IMG/VR virus record: IMGVR_UViG_3300022752_000033
Location: 81,711-102,417 of that record
DNA: 20,707 nucleotides
DNA from: a virus
Lineage: Duplodnaviria > Heunggongvirae > Uroviricota > Caudoviricetes
Reading direction: 5' to 3' (one strand)
In this document: in pieces, positions 1 through 8,546 of the stretch
Position numbering within the stretch: position 1 is the stretch's first letter
How the letters are laid out: each line of letters starts with the position of its first letter
Made by a program: the position numbers and the translations under genes
Notes under the pieces: generated by a model
What the model saw: the letters and a program-made list of their open reading frames with translations, nothing else
Told to the model about the DNA's origin: nothing
The model's database searches: none

Positions 1-2077
1 CCCATGTTGCAAATGTAACCGCAGATAAATTAAATGCCTTCATTGTGAACGATTCCAACGGTCGTGTTATTGTTGGTGTCTGCGTTGGTGTACTTGTTTT
101 TGTTGGTGTTTGAGTTGGAGTGCTTGTTTTTGTTTGGGTTGGTGTTTTGGTAGTTGTTGGTGTTGGTGTCTGGCTTGCAGGAATACATCCCGCCGGACTA
201 CCAAATATTCTTTGTATATTTAAAACATTTGAGTTTGAACTTAATGTGTTATCATCTCTATCGTATTTAAAACAAGATTGTATAATACCACCATTATTAG
301 AATTGATAGTCCCATAGAAATAAATTCCGGGTAACAAATCAATCGTTCCAAATATTAAATTGTCTGAGGTATAATGTTCCAAAGATGTTGAAACATCAAT
401 CAATACTCTTGTTGTAGGACACTCCAAAGTTGGGTCAAGGTATTCAAATGTTGCTCTTGCAGATATACCGACTTTATTTGGTGGTGTTGTTGTAGGTGTT
501 GGAGTAACTGTTGGTGTCGGTGTTTGCGAAGAATTAAATATTGAAAAATTCATTCCAACGTTATATACCGGACTATTTGATGGTGTTGGAGTTACAAAAT
601 TATATGTAAATGTAAAACTAACGGCACTTTGAGGAACAAGATTAGTCGGTGTTGGTGTTACAGGAAAATCGCAATCAAAATATGCAACAAAATCAAATGT
701 TTCACAATTAACCGGCGGTGTTGGTGTAGTACAAATCCCTCCAACAAATATATTACTATCCAAATCCGGACAATTAGAATAACAAGGTCTCTTACCTTGC
801 AAAGAACAAACACCACCCAAAGATGTACTTAAACACCATTCATTATTAGTATAATATATTAACCCATTATTAACACTATCCCCTGTATAATATAACCTAC
901 CGTTATAATTAGTTAGTGTTGAACTGTATGTACCATTAAATCCCGTTAAAGAAATTAATTTAGTATCAAAACAAAAATTGGTATATTCACAAGGTAAAGG
1001 TGTTGGTGATGGTGTTGGAGTGATTGTTGGTGTTGGTCTTGGAGTTTGTGTCGGTGTTGGTGTTGGTTCACAAAAATCACAACTTTTAAACTGAGGCGAC
1101 CCTAAATAAGTTCCGCCCGCCCCTCCGAACTCCAAAAATGAATAACAAATTCCGTTATCAACATATGTGGCACCTAAGAAAGCAGTATCTGAATCAACAT
1201 TATAATAATGTACGGTTCCATCCGAACATCTATACATCACCGCAGATTGAATTGTTGTCCTAGGACATATATTATCAAAACAATCCGAAGCCAAAGTAAA
1301 CGTAACTCCGTTTCCATCATATAGTAATCCAACACCAGTGTATGTAACTATTGTCGCACATCCCTCAAATTCACCAAGACCTTGAATATAATAAGTTGCC
1401 CCGGTTGTTGATGGAATACCATTTCCCGCAAATCTAAAAACATTGTTTCCGTCCTCACAACTTCTAAATTGTGTTTGTCTTAACCCTGAAGGGGTAATAC
1501 TAGGTGTAACCGTTTTAGTTGGAGTATTTGTTGGGGTGGCAGTTTTTGTTGGTGTTTGTGTTTTAGTTGGCGTATTAGTTGCGGTATTTGTTGGTGTTTG
1601 TGTTTTAGTTGGTGTTTGTGTTTTAGTTGGCGTATTAGTTGTAGTTTTTGTTGGTGTTTGAGTTTTAGTTGGTGTTACAGTTTTTGTTGGTGTAACACTT
1701 TTTGTTGGAGTCCTTGTGTTTGTTGGTGTTTGAGTTAAAGTAGGAGTGTTGCTCGCAGTATTGGTTGGGGTTTGGGTTAACGTAGCAGTATTGGTTGGGG
1801 TTTGGGTTAATGTTGGCGTGGGTGTCGGAGTTTGAAAACAAGTCGAAATGGCAATGACGACACTATCACTATCCGTTTGATAACAACTCGTTCCCCCTAT
1901 GGTATAGTCAGAATAAAACCCTGATTTATTCCTTACACTACATATTGAATCTATATATAAAATACTACCAACAACCAAGGGGGTTGTGTCAGAGTAAAAA
2001 CCACTAGTTGACGATAACGAACAAGCGTCTTGACAACTGGTTTCAACATACGATAATTTAATTGGAATACAAGGCAT
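1..2077 (-). CDS. Cys-rich, Pro/Thr-repeat (mucin-like) modular protein, >=692 aa, 3' end outside the window; putative tail fibre/virion surface protein
   Basis: Manual translation from ATG at 2077 is open down to position 2 ([19 protein letters not shown]...[10 protein letters not shown]...SAVTFATW). Thr/Pro tracts alternate with Cys-rich globular segments (26 Cys counted). It is absent from the ORF track because there is no stop inside the window. The VGV-rich plus-strand ORFs are its antisense shadow. The function is inferred. Confidence 0.9.
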   Translation of the reverse strand, partial: MPCIPIKLSYVETSCQDACSLSSTSGFYSDTTPLVVGSILYIDSICSVRNKSGFYSDYTIGGTSCYQTDSDSVVIAISTCFQTPTPTPTLTQTPTNTATLTQTPTNTASNTPTLTQTPTNTRTPTKSVTPTKTVTPTKTQTPTKTTTNTPTKTQTPTKTQTPTNTATNTPTKTQTPTKTATPTNTPTKTVTPSITPSGLRQTQFRSCEDGNNVFRFAGNGIPSTTGATYYIQGLGEFEGCATIVTYTGVGLLYDGNGVTFTLASDCFDNICPRTTIQSAVMYRCSDGTVHYYNVDSDTAFLGATYVDNGICYSFLEFGGAGGTYLGSPQFKSCDFCEPTPTPTQTPRPTPTITPTPSPTPLPCEYTNFCFDTKLISLTGFNGTYSSTLTNYNGRLYYTGDSVNNGLIYYTNNEWCLSTSLGGVCSLQGKRPCYSNCPDLDSNIFVGGICTTPTPPVNCETFDFVAYFDCDFPVTPTPTNLVPQSAVSFTFTYNFVTPTPSNSPVYNVGMNFSIFNSSQTPTPTVTPTPTTTPPNKVGISARATFEYLDPTLECPTTRVLIDVSTSLEHYTSDNLIFGTIDLLPGIYFYGTINSNNGGIIQSCFKYDRDDNTLSSNSNVLNIQRIFGSPAGCIPASQTPTPTTTKTPTQTKTSTPTQTPTKTSTPTQTPTITRPLESFTMKAFNLSAVTFATW
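1548..1676. repeat. ~60-nt-period tandem duplication in the Thr/Pro tract
   Basis: GTTGGTGTTTGTGTTTTAGTTGGCGTATTAGTTG (34 nt) is exact at 1548-1581 and 1608-1641, with degenerate similarity continuing. Confidence 0.85.
1755..1810. repeat. 30-nt-period tandem duplication in the Thr/Pro tract
   Basis: GCAGTATTGGTTGGGGTTTGGGTTAA is exact at 1755-1780 and 1785-1810 (encodes LTQTPTNTA twice). Confidence 0.9.
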
Positions 2078-2096
2078 AAATGTTTGCTATTATCTT

Positions 2097-2105
2097 ATAA
2101 ATAAT
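2097..2105 (-). promoter_or_regulatory. TATTTAT(A) upstream motif, putative late promoter
   Basis: The coding strand reads AAATTATTTATAAG about 20 nt upstream of ATG 2077. The same core precedes three other starts. A second copy, TATTTATTTATA, lies near 2184-2195. Confidence 0.5.
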
Positions 2106-2205
2106 TTGAAATCGGTTTTATTTTTACTAAAATAATAAAACCTCAAATTTTTTTATAAACAAACAATTAAAAATAATTTAGATATAAATAAATAACCCAC
2201 CATAA

Positions 2206-2463
2206 CTATGGTATTGGGCTCGTGCATAAGACATCACTTAGTAATTCACAATCAAGAGAATCAACAATTTTAACTCTAATTAAAGGAACATTTATGTAGG
2301 TATTTGTAAATGCGGATGGGACTTCAATAAAAATATCAGGAGGAGCTGTTTGGGTGAATGCCGTTAAAAATAATGAATTATTTCCATATATATCACTAAT
2401 CGTAATAGAATATGGTGGGGTACCACCCGAAAATTCAGTTAATTTTATTATCGGTATATTCAC
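2206..2463 (-). CDS. Small protein resembling a single SprB-like repeat (85 aa)
   Basis: SGGTPPYSITISDIYGNN...VKIVDSLDC parallels the repeat QGGTPPYTYTLIYPDGNN...VIDSVGC in the upstream 716-aa protein. GTG start lies 6 nt after the upstream stop. Confidence 0.75.
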   Translation of the reverse strand: MNIPIIKLTEFSGGTPPYSITISDIYGNNSLFLTAFTQTAPPDIFIEVPSAFTNTYINVPLIRVKIVDSLDCELLSDVLCTSPIP

Positions 2464-2469
2464 TATTAT

Positions 2470-4620
2470 TTAACTTAAACAATTTATTTCATAATCAATT
2501 AATAAATAAACTTTAATATTAATTGCCGCGATTGTACCATTAACAATATCTTGGTTATCAATATCACTTATAATAACTAACTTATTATTTAATTCATCAA
2601 TGATAACATTACCAACACCCTTAACTTTTAAAATCATTGATTTAATTGTATCCTGCCAAATATTATCACTTGGAGGCACAACCAATGAATTTGTAACATA
2701 AAAAGGTTCAATAACTTCAGTCCCGTATGGTTGTACCACCAATTTAGCACTGAATGTTGCAGATACTAAATTACAACCACTATTCCCATTAGTAACATCA
2801 TAATACCCCTCATTAAACATTTTTAGAATACTGTATTTTGCCGATGTATTAACATTAAACGTTTCCTCCGAAACTGTATATGTACTATAAGAAGAAATTG
2901 TGTTACTACCTTCAACCGTAACACTTCTTTCCGCATAATTTGAATTTGCATCAACTAAGGTCAATGTATATGTTCCGGCGGTTAAATTTTCCACCATATT
3001 TGTTTGTGGGTTATTTGGAATATTTGACGACCAATTAAACGTAAACGGAGGAACCCCCGCCATAATAAATGTTGTTATCGTACCCCCACTCGGTGTAGAC
3101 GCTATTGTCGGTAGCAAAGAAAAATTCACATTTGGTATATCTGTAACATACTCATTTGTTTTTTGTATACAACCATTATTATCGGTAACTGTAATATTAT
3201 ATTGACCCGACACGATATTTGTAAAGGTTACAGAACTTAAATAAGTGTTTAATATATCTATTTGTCCGTTATTTAACGAATAATTGTATGGGGCTGTACC
3301 ACCACTAGATATTGTTACCGTTATAGACCCATTTGCCAACCCAAATCTCGCACCAATTGAAGACGCGGATACAGTATATAGATTTTGACTAACTAACGTA
3401 TAATCCTGATTAAACGTGCAACCAACACTATCAATAACATATAGAGAATGTTCTCCACCACCCAAAAAAGAAAATAAATTATTTTGAGAGGTAGTTTGAA
3501 TTGATTTGTTATTCCCATCAGGGTAAATTAAAGTATATGTATATGGTGGAGTCCCTCCTTGTAAAAAAACAAACATTGACCCATTTTCATTAGAGCATCC
3601 CGGATTTGTCACATTAACATTTACCGATGTCATACCCTCAGGGGTCGCCAATAATGCAGATGCGGTTGCCGTACAATAAGCGGCATCCGTAACCAATAAT
3701 GAATAAGGCCCTGAAGATAAATCAGTTAATGTTAAACTAGTTGAATATGAAATCTCAAAATACCCGGTTGACGCCGAATAATAATAAGGTGGCGTACCTC
3801 CTTCAATATAAAAAGTTAAAGACCCATTATTTGTTAAACATGATGGCGGAACTGGTGTAACCAACGGTATAGTAACCGGACCAACATCTGTGATTGTCGC
3901 GGCAGATATCCTAGTACAACCCAAAGAGTCGGTTACATTAACACTATATAAACCACTCGTTAATCCCGTAATTGAACTACTCGTTTGTCCGTTACTCCAT
4001 ATATAAGTATATGGTGGAGTTCCGGTTTGTCCCGTAACAAATATCTTACCTAACGGCCCATTCCCACAACTTGAATTTGGAACAACATATAAACCATAAT
4101 CCAAATTTGTTGAAGGTTCAACTACAAAAGTATTAGTTCTACCCGTACATCCCCCTACATCCAAAACAACCATATAATAAGTTCCCGCTGTTAAATTGTT
4201 AAACACCCCAAAACTTGAATCCGTTATTGCCGACGATATAAAGTCGTTAGACCCACTATATAAAAAATAAGTTGTTTGTGAATATAATGATGATGAAGTA
4301 CCTGTTACCGAACCATTATTTAAACCACAAGTTGTATTCTGCACGTTATCTACATAAGCACAAACACCACTCGATAATGGTACAGACACCAATAAAGTAT
4401 TGTTTATAGGTAAACTACTATCGGTTATTTGAATCGAATATGTTCCGGAGTACAATAAAGTTCTCGATGAGTTGGTTACCAAAGCGTCATTACCTAAATC
4501 CGGTGTGAGCCAATTAACATTATATGGTGGGGTCCCACCATTAGGAACTATTAGAATACTTCCATCACCCGTACCCGAACAATCACCAACAACCGATATC
4601 GAATAAAACAAACTAGCCAT
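2470..4620 (-). CDS. SprB-repeat-containing protein (716 aa), putative adhesin/receptor-binding structural protein
   Basis: About 7 repeats of the form C..GS(I/V)....GGTPPY.Y.W/L....L..G.Y.V.V.D..GC (e.g. GTPPYTYIWSNGQTSSSITGLTSGLYSVNVTDSLGC) match the SprB repeat (PF13573) pattern. No signal peptide or obvious T9SS C-terminal domain is visible. Confidence 0.85.
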   Translation of the reverse strand: MASLFYSISVVGDCSGTGDGSILIVPNGGTPPYNVNWLTPDLGNDALVTNSSRTLLYSGTYSIQITDSSLPINNTLLVSVPLSSGVCAYVDNVQNTTCGLNNGSVTGTSSSLYSQTTYFLYSGSNDFISSAITDSSFGVFNNLTAGTYYMVVLDVGGCTGRTNTFVVEPSTNLDYGLYVVPNSSCGNGPLGKIFVTGQTGTPPYTYIWSNGQTSSSITGLTSGLYSVNVTDSLGCTRISAATITDVGPVTIPLVTPVPPSCLTNNGSLTFYIEGGTPPYYYSASTGYFEISYSTSLTLTDLSSGPYSLLVTDAAYCTATASALLATPEGMTSVNVNVTNPGCSNENGSMFVFLQGGTPPYTYTLIYPDGNNKSIQTTSQNNLFSFLGGGEHSLYVIDSVGCTFNQDYTLVSQNLYTVSASSIGARFGLANGSITVTISSGGTAPYNYSLNNGQIDILNTYLSSVTFTNIVSGQYNITVTDNNGCIQKTNEYVTDIPNVNFSLLPTIASTPSGGTITTFIMAGVPPFTFNWSSNIPNNPQTNMVENLTAGTYTLTLVDANSNYAERSVTVEGSNTISSYSTYTVSEETFNVNTSAKYSILKMFNEGYYDVTNGNSGCNLVSATFSAKLVVQPYGTEVIEPFYVTNSLVVPPSDNIWQDTIKSMILKVKGVGNVIIDELNNKLVIISDIDNQDIVNGTIAAINIKVYLLIDYEINCLS

Positions 4621-4623
4621 TCA

Positions 4624-7605
4624 TTAACAATTTACATTTATATTTATACCAACTTCTAACTTTAATAATTGTGACAAATAGAGCGGTTGGTTGGTTAGGT
4701 TTATAATTGTTAAGTCATTTCCATTTAAATTAAACCATAAATTATAATTTAATAATTGAGGTAAACTATTCTTTAACGCCAATTTCCATTCTCCATCACT
4801 TGGGTATCCATTAAGACCAACACCACTATAAAACTTATAATTAATCAATAAATTACTACCAATCGTCAAATTAACATACCACTCTGTAGTTAAACTATTA
4901 ATACCATTACAACTTGTAGTCGTGTATCCGTTTGATTGTAATAAAGTTCCAACTTGATTTCTCAATATTGCACTAAAGGATGATAATGCAGATTTTTGTG
5001 TTAACCACGGATATATCGGTACTGTTATTTTTTCCTCATTCGCACCATAATTTGATAAACTTGCAGTTCTAGAACAAGGGTCTACAAATTTTTCCTCAAT
5101 CGCACAACCTCTTTGTCTCCTATAAACGAATTTTTGTCTATGTAATACAGAATTTTCAAACCTCGTACCTCCCTGCCAAATCGTAGTTGCCGGAATCATT
5201 TGTTCCACCAATTTCATCCAATCAGGGCCAAGTCCATTTACATAATCAATAAGTTTTTGATACGTGTATTTATTATTTTGTGTCCCCGTATTTTGATATT
5301 GTTGTATATATTTCCAAAATAAAGATTGTAATGTTGGATATCCCCCGGTTTTTCCGTCCGTAATAAACTGACGATTTCTTGTGTTTATTAAATTTTGCCA
5401 AAAAGTTTGATTAAATTCAAAAAAAGTTTTGTTTTGTGGTTCGGGGTCAATAACCGTAGAATCCACACCACCCGGTACAGGGTATCCAATAGTTAAACCT
5501 GATTCGGGAATTGGGTATCCATATTTTCTTGATTGTTCCCAAATCTCATATGCCAATCCTTGACCCGGATTTAAAAACAAATCGATATTTTTTATATTGA
5601 GAACCAATTTTTCATTATTGATAAAATAATATGAATTGTAATTTGCATCTTTTGATGCCCTTAATTTATCATCTGTTGATATCCAAGATTTATTATTATC
5701 AATAATTCTGTCTAACCTAAAACCCTCATTCATATAAGGGAATTTTTTAAACACATTTAAATAGTCCTCACCATATGTGAATGGTTTTAATTGTGTTTGT
5801 ATATCTGTGTTTTGTCCCGAATATAATCTACTATTTATAACAAGTTCCTCGTTGTTTCTATGTTGTGGTGTTTGTTCGTACCATCCTGCACCTTTTTGGA
5901 AAAAGTAACTATCAGTTTCCGCAGGTGCCTTTGGATAACCAAATTCATCCACAGGATAATCTTTTCTTGTTAAAGTAACACTTTCGTATAAAGATTGATT
6001 TGTAAATGCCGTAAAGGTTTGTCCTTTAAGTTTATACGTTTGACCCACTTGCAATTGGGGTATTTGATTGACATATGTTCCTCCGGTTATTTGTGCGTAT
6101 TGATAATAGAAGTAATCCATATCAACCTCTCTATCCGCAACCTCTATATGCTCGTTATATTCAATTAACGACTCAGGAGCACCAATTAAATTTAATAAAA
6201 ATTCAATAGACCTCCTTGTTCCTTTTGACCTAAAAATATACCCTGAATTAAGTATTAAGTTTCTGTAAAAAGAATAGTTTAATTCTTGTGAGGTCAACGC
6301 CCTCGTATAACCAGGGTAGTTAGGTTTTACCTGAGCCCCAAATATTGTCTCTAAAAAATTATCATTTGTAATGGGTGAAAAATTTGACTGCCAACCAAGA
6401 GTCGACGCCAAATCTTTTAAAAGTTCGTTTGGTATATCATTTGACGGGTTGTAGTTAACCGATGTCATAAAACTTAATCCATCAATATATTTTTTAATGT
6501 CGTCAAAACTAACACCATAAATTTGGAATACCTTTTCAACTTTTCTCCCTAGAGTATCAAACTCTTTTAATGAACCCGCAGTTAAAAACCTCGAGATTAA
6601 ATTCGTTTTAAATGAATCAAATGCCTCACCGACCTCTTGTAGTATTGTTATATAATCATCAAATACCGCATTTCTAATATCTAGATTCCACGCCCCGTCT
6701 TTAGGCCATGTAACTTTTTGATTATTAATTGTTATTTTCCCATTATCTTGCTCTTGGGGTACTTTAAAGACCGCAGTATACTCCGGAATTACCAACCTAT
6801 TTAATAGAAAATTCTCAATCTCATCAAAAGTTTCCGCAAATACCTTATCAACAATATAGTCGTTAGGTCTAATTTGAAAATTTGTTGTGGATGTTGTTGC
6901 CGTAGTTCCAAATGGTGCCCCTGAAACATAAAATGCTATGTACCCAGAATATAACGCATCCGAGGGTAAAAAAGACTGAACCTTATATTCTAACCCTCCT
7001 ATTGATATCGCATAATCCAAATAAGTATTTGGTAAATTTCTATACTGAGAAATTGACATCTCCCTTCTAGCAATGTTTTGAGATGCATTTGTTGTATAAT
7101 CTATCTCAAATGGATTAAACAATCTTTTAGTATCCACCTCAAAATATGTTTCATCATTAATAGAATTATATGATATATTAACCGCCGTTGACCCGGTTGT
7201 AAAATCGGGTGTAAAGAACAAAGAATCTAAAGATGCCGGAAAATAATTAATTATTTTTGTTATTGATATTGCAAATCGTTTTGACAACGAACCATATAAA
7301 GCAAAATTCAATACTTGCGAATTATCAAATACAGGATAAACTTTAAATTGAGTTTTTTGTATTACCTTACTCTGAGCTATACTCGTTATGTTTAAATCCT
7401 CTAAATTAACCGGAGCAGAAAAAGCACCAATACCAAATTTTCTATTAACCTTATCTACAACATTTGAGGTAAACTCAAAGTTACCTTGCGTAAGTCCTCC
7501 ACCATCAACAATTTGTAAACCAACAATATTGTCGGAAAATGTTCCGGCACCGCTTCCGGGTCTGGGAGGATAAAAATATTTAGTATTTTTTATAGTTGTT
7601 GCCAT
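4624..7605 (-). CDS. Baseplate wedge protein with P2 gpI / T4 gp7-like core (993 aa)
   Basis: The central motif IPNELLKDLASTLGW...FYRNLILNSGYIFRSKGTRRSIEFLLNLIG (6181-6435) matches the L..LA..LG...KGT..(S/A)I...L pattern of gpI/gp7-type wedge proteins. It lies in a gp25/gp6 operon. Confidence 0.7.
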   Translation of the reverse strand: MATTIKNTKYFYPPRPGSGAGTFSDNIVGLQIVDGGGLTQGNFEFTSNVVDKVNRKFGIGAFSAPVNLEDLNITSIAQSKVIQKTQFKVYPVFDNSQVLNFALYGSLSKRFAISITKIINYFPASLDSLFFTPDFTTGSTAVNISYNSINDETYFEVDTKRLFNPFEIDYTTNASQNIARREMSISQYRNLPNTYLDYAISIGGLEYKVQSFLPSDALYSGYIAFYVSGAPFGTTATTSTTNFQIRPNDYIVDKVFAETFDEIENFLLNRLVIPEYTAVFKVPQEQDNGKITINNQKVTWPKDGAWNLDIRNAVFDDYITILQEVGEAFDSFKTNLISRFLTAGSLKEFDTLGRKVEKVFQIYGVSFDDIKKYIDGLSFMTSVNYNPSNDIPNELLKDLASTLGWQSNFSPITNDNFLETIFGAQVKPNYPGYTRALTSQELNYSFYRNLILNSGYIFRSKGTRRSIEFLLNLIGAPESLIEYNEHIEVADREVDMDYFYYQYAQITGGTYVNQIPQLQVGQTYKLKGQTFTAFTNQSLYESVTLTRKDYPVDEFGYPKAPAETDSYFFQKGAGWYEQTPQHRNNEELVINSRLYSGQNTDIQTQLKPFTYGEDYLNVFKKFPYMNEGFRLDRIIDNNKSWISTDDKLRASKDANYNSYYFINNEKLVLNIKNIDLFLNPGQGLAYEIWEQSRKYGYPIPESGLTIGYPVPGGVDSTVIDPEPQNKTFFEFNQTFWQNLINTRNRQFITDGKTGGYPTLQSLFWKYIQQYQNTGTQNNKYTYQKLIDYVNGLGPDWMKLVEQMIPATTIWQGGTRFENSVLHRQKFVYRRQRGCAIEEKFVDPCSRTASLSNYGANEEKITVPIYPWLTQKSALSSFSAILRNQVGTLLQSNGYTTTSCNGINSLTTEWYVNLTIGSNLLINYKFYSGVGLNGYPSDGEWKLALKNSLPQLLNYNLWFNLNGNDLTIINLTNQPLYLSQLLKLEVGININVNC

Positions 7606-8510
7606 TAAGTAGTTATAGTGTTAAAATTTTTACTGAAATCAATATTCGCCCCTCTACTTTGTCTAACCTCATAAAGAAGTTCGTTAAATTGGTCTCTAAT
7701 TTCAAACAAATTGTATTGTCTAAATATATTATTATTTGAATCGTAAATAGTGTAAACACCATCATCAATAGATTTGGTTTGATTACCGTAAAGAGCAATT
7801 GCCAATGTATCAATGTCGTATTCCGCCATTTGAATATCTATCGTAATAGGATTAAAAAATGTATTGGTTATGATTATGTCTTGTCCCGGCTGACCTATAA
7901 ATGGTGTTGCGTTTGGTTTGTTTGTTGGTGATGACGATGGTGATACCGTAACAAATAATAAATTTGAAATTCCATCAACATATCTATATCTAATTGATTT
8001 TTGTGATGTATTTGTTTGATTCACAACAACCGGTTCACAAAAAAAACATGAAGTAATTATCCTAAAAAAATTACTTATTTTACTTCCATCAAAATTAAGA
8101 TACTCAATTCTAAACCCAACCAATCCTTGTGGAACAAATTTGTTAAGATACTGAGATGGAACGTTTGCCAAATCAATAATAAGTCCCTTCACATTCGGTA
8201 ACGCACTTAAGATACCACAATCCGTAATTAAAGTCCTTATTTGTGCCGGTCTTAAATATAAAGTATAAAACCCTAAAGCATTAAATTCCTCCGCAGGTAA
8301 AGTTAAATTATACAACCCACCGAGTATCTCATTATTATTCCCACCTGTTTGAGAATTATTAAAATATGGTTTTAATAATGAGGTCGCATCCAATGTTTTA
8401 AGGACAAAATTATTGGTGACATCCCTTGATGGGGTATAATTCATTATTATCTCCACATCTTCAGGACTAACGTCCGCAGGCTTTAAAGTCCCATAAGTTC
8501 CAATACTCAT
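7605..8510 (-). CDS. Hypothetical protein, likely virion structural (301 aa)
   Basis: Long ORF with a TAATG overlap into the next gene and a conserved upstream motif. No recognisable domain. Confidence 0.8.
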   Translation of the reverse strand: MSIGTYGTLKPADVSPEDVEIIMNYTPSRDVTNNFVLKTLDATSLLKPYFNNSQTGGNNNEILGGLYNLTLPAEEFNALGFYTLYLRPAQIRTLITDCGILSALPNVKGLIIDLANVPSQYLNKFVPQGLVGFRIEYLNFDGSKISNFFRIITSCFFCEPVVVNQTNTSQKSIRYRYVDGISNLLFVTVSPSSSPTNKPNATPFIGQPGQDIIITNTFFNPITIDIQMAEYDIDTLAIALYGNQTKSIDDGVYTIYDSNNNIFRQYNLFEIRDQFNELLYEVRQSRGANIDFSKNFNTITT

Positions 8511-8516
8511 ACTTTT

Positions 8517-8535
8517 CTTTTTTTATAAATAGTTT
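8517..8535 (-). promoter_or_regulatory. AAACTATTTATAAAAAAAG upstream motif, putative late promoter
   Basis: Lies in a 36-nt intergenic gap before ATG 8510. It is identical, apart from one T, to the 20-mer at 17651-17670. Confidence 0.6.
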
Positions 8536-8546
8536 TATTATACTTT

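Noticed and set aside
120-1738. Plus-strand ORFs 120-317, 629-832, 1443-1661 and 1556-1738 (VGV- or Cys/Trp-rich)
   Set aside because: They are antisense shadows of the Thr/Pro-repeat gene. ACA/CCA-rich codons give stop-poor GTT/GGT on the opposite strand.
1-4620. CRISPR array or diversity-generating retroelement (TR/VR) among the repeats
   Set aside because: The repeats are in-frame coding repeats without unique spacers. No adenine-specific mismatched repeat pair or reverse transcriptase is seen in the window.
2206-7605. The 993-, 716- and 85-aa genes share one reading frame, suggesting a readthrough polyprotein
   Set aside because: The separators are TAA-TGA (double stop) and TAA. The first two proteins end in a shared C-terminal domain, which implies genuine ends. 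A three-gene frame match has about a 1-in-9 chance.
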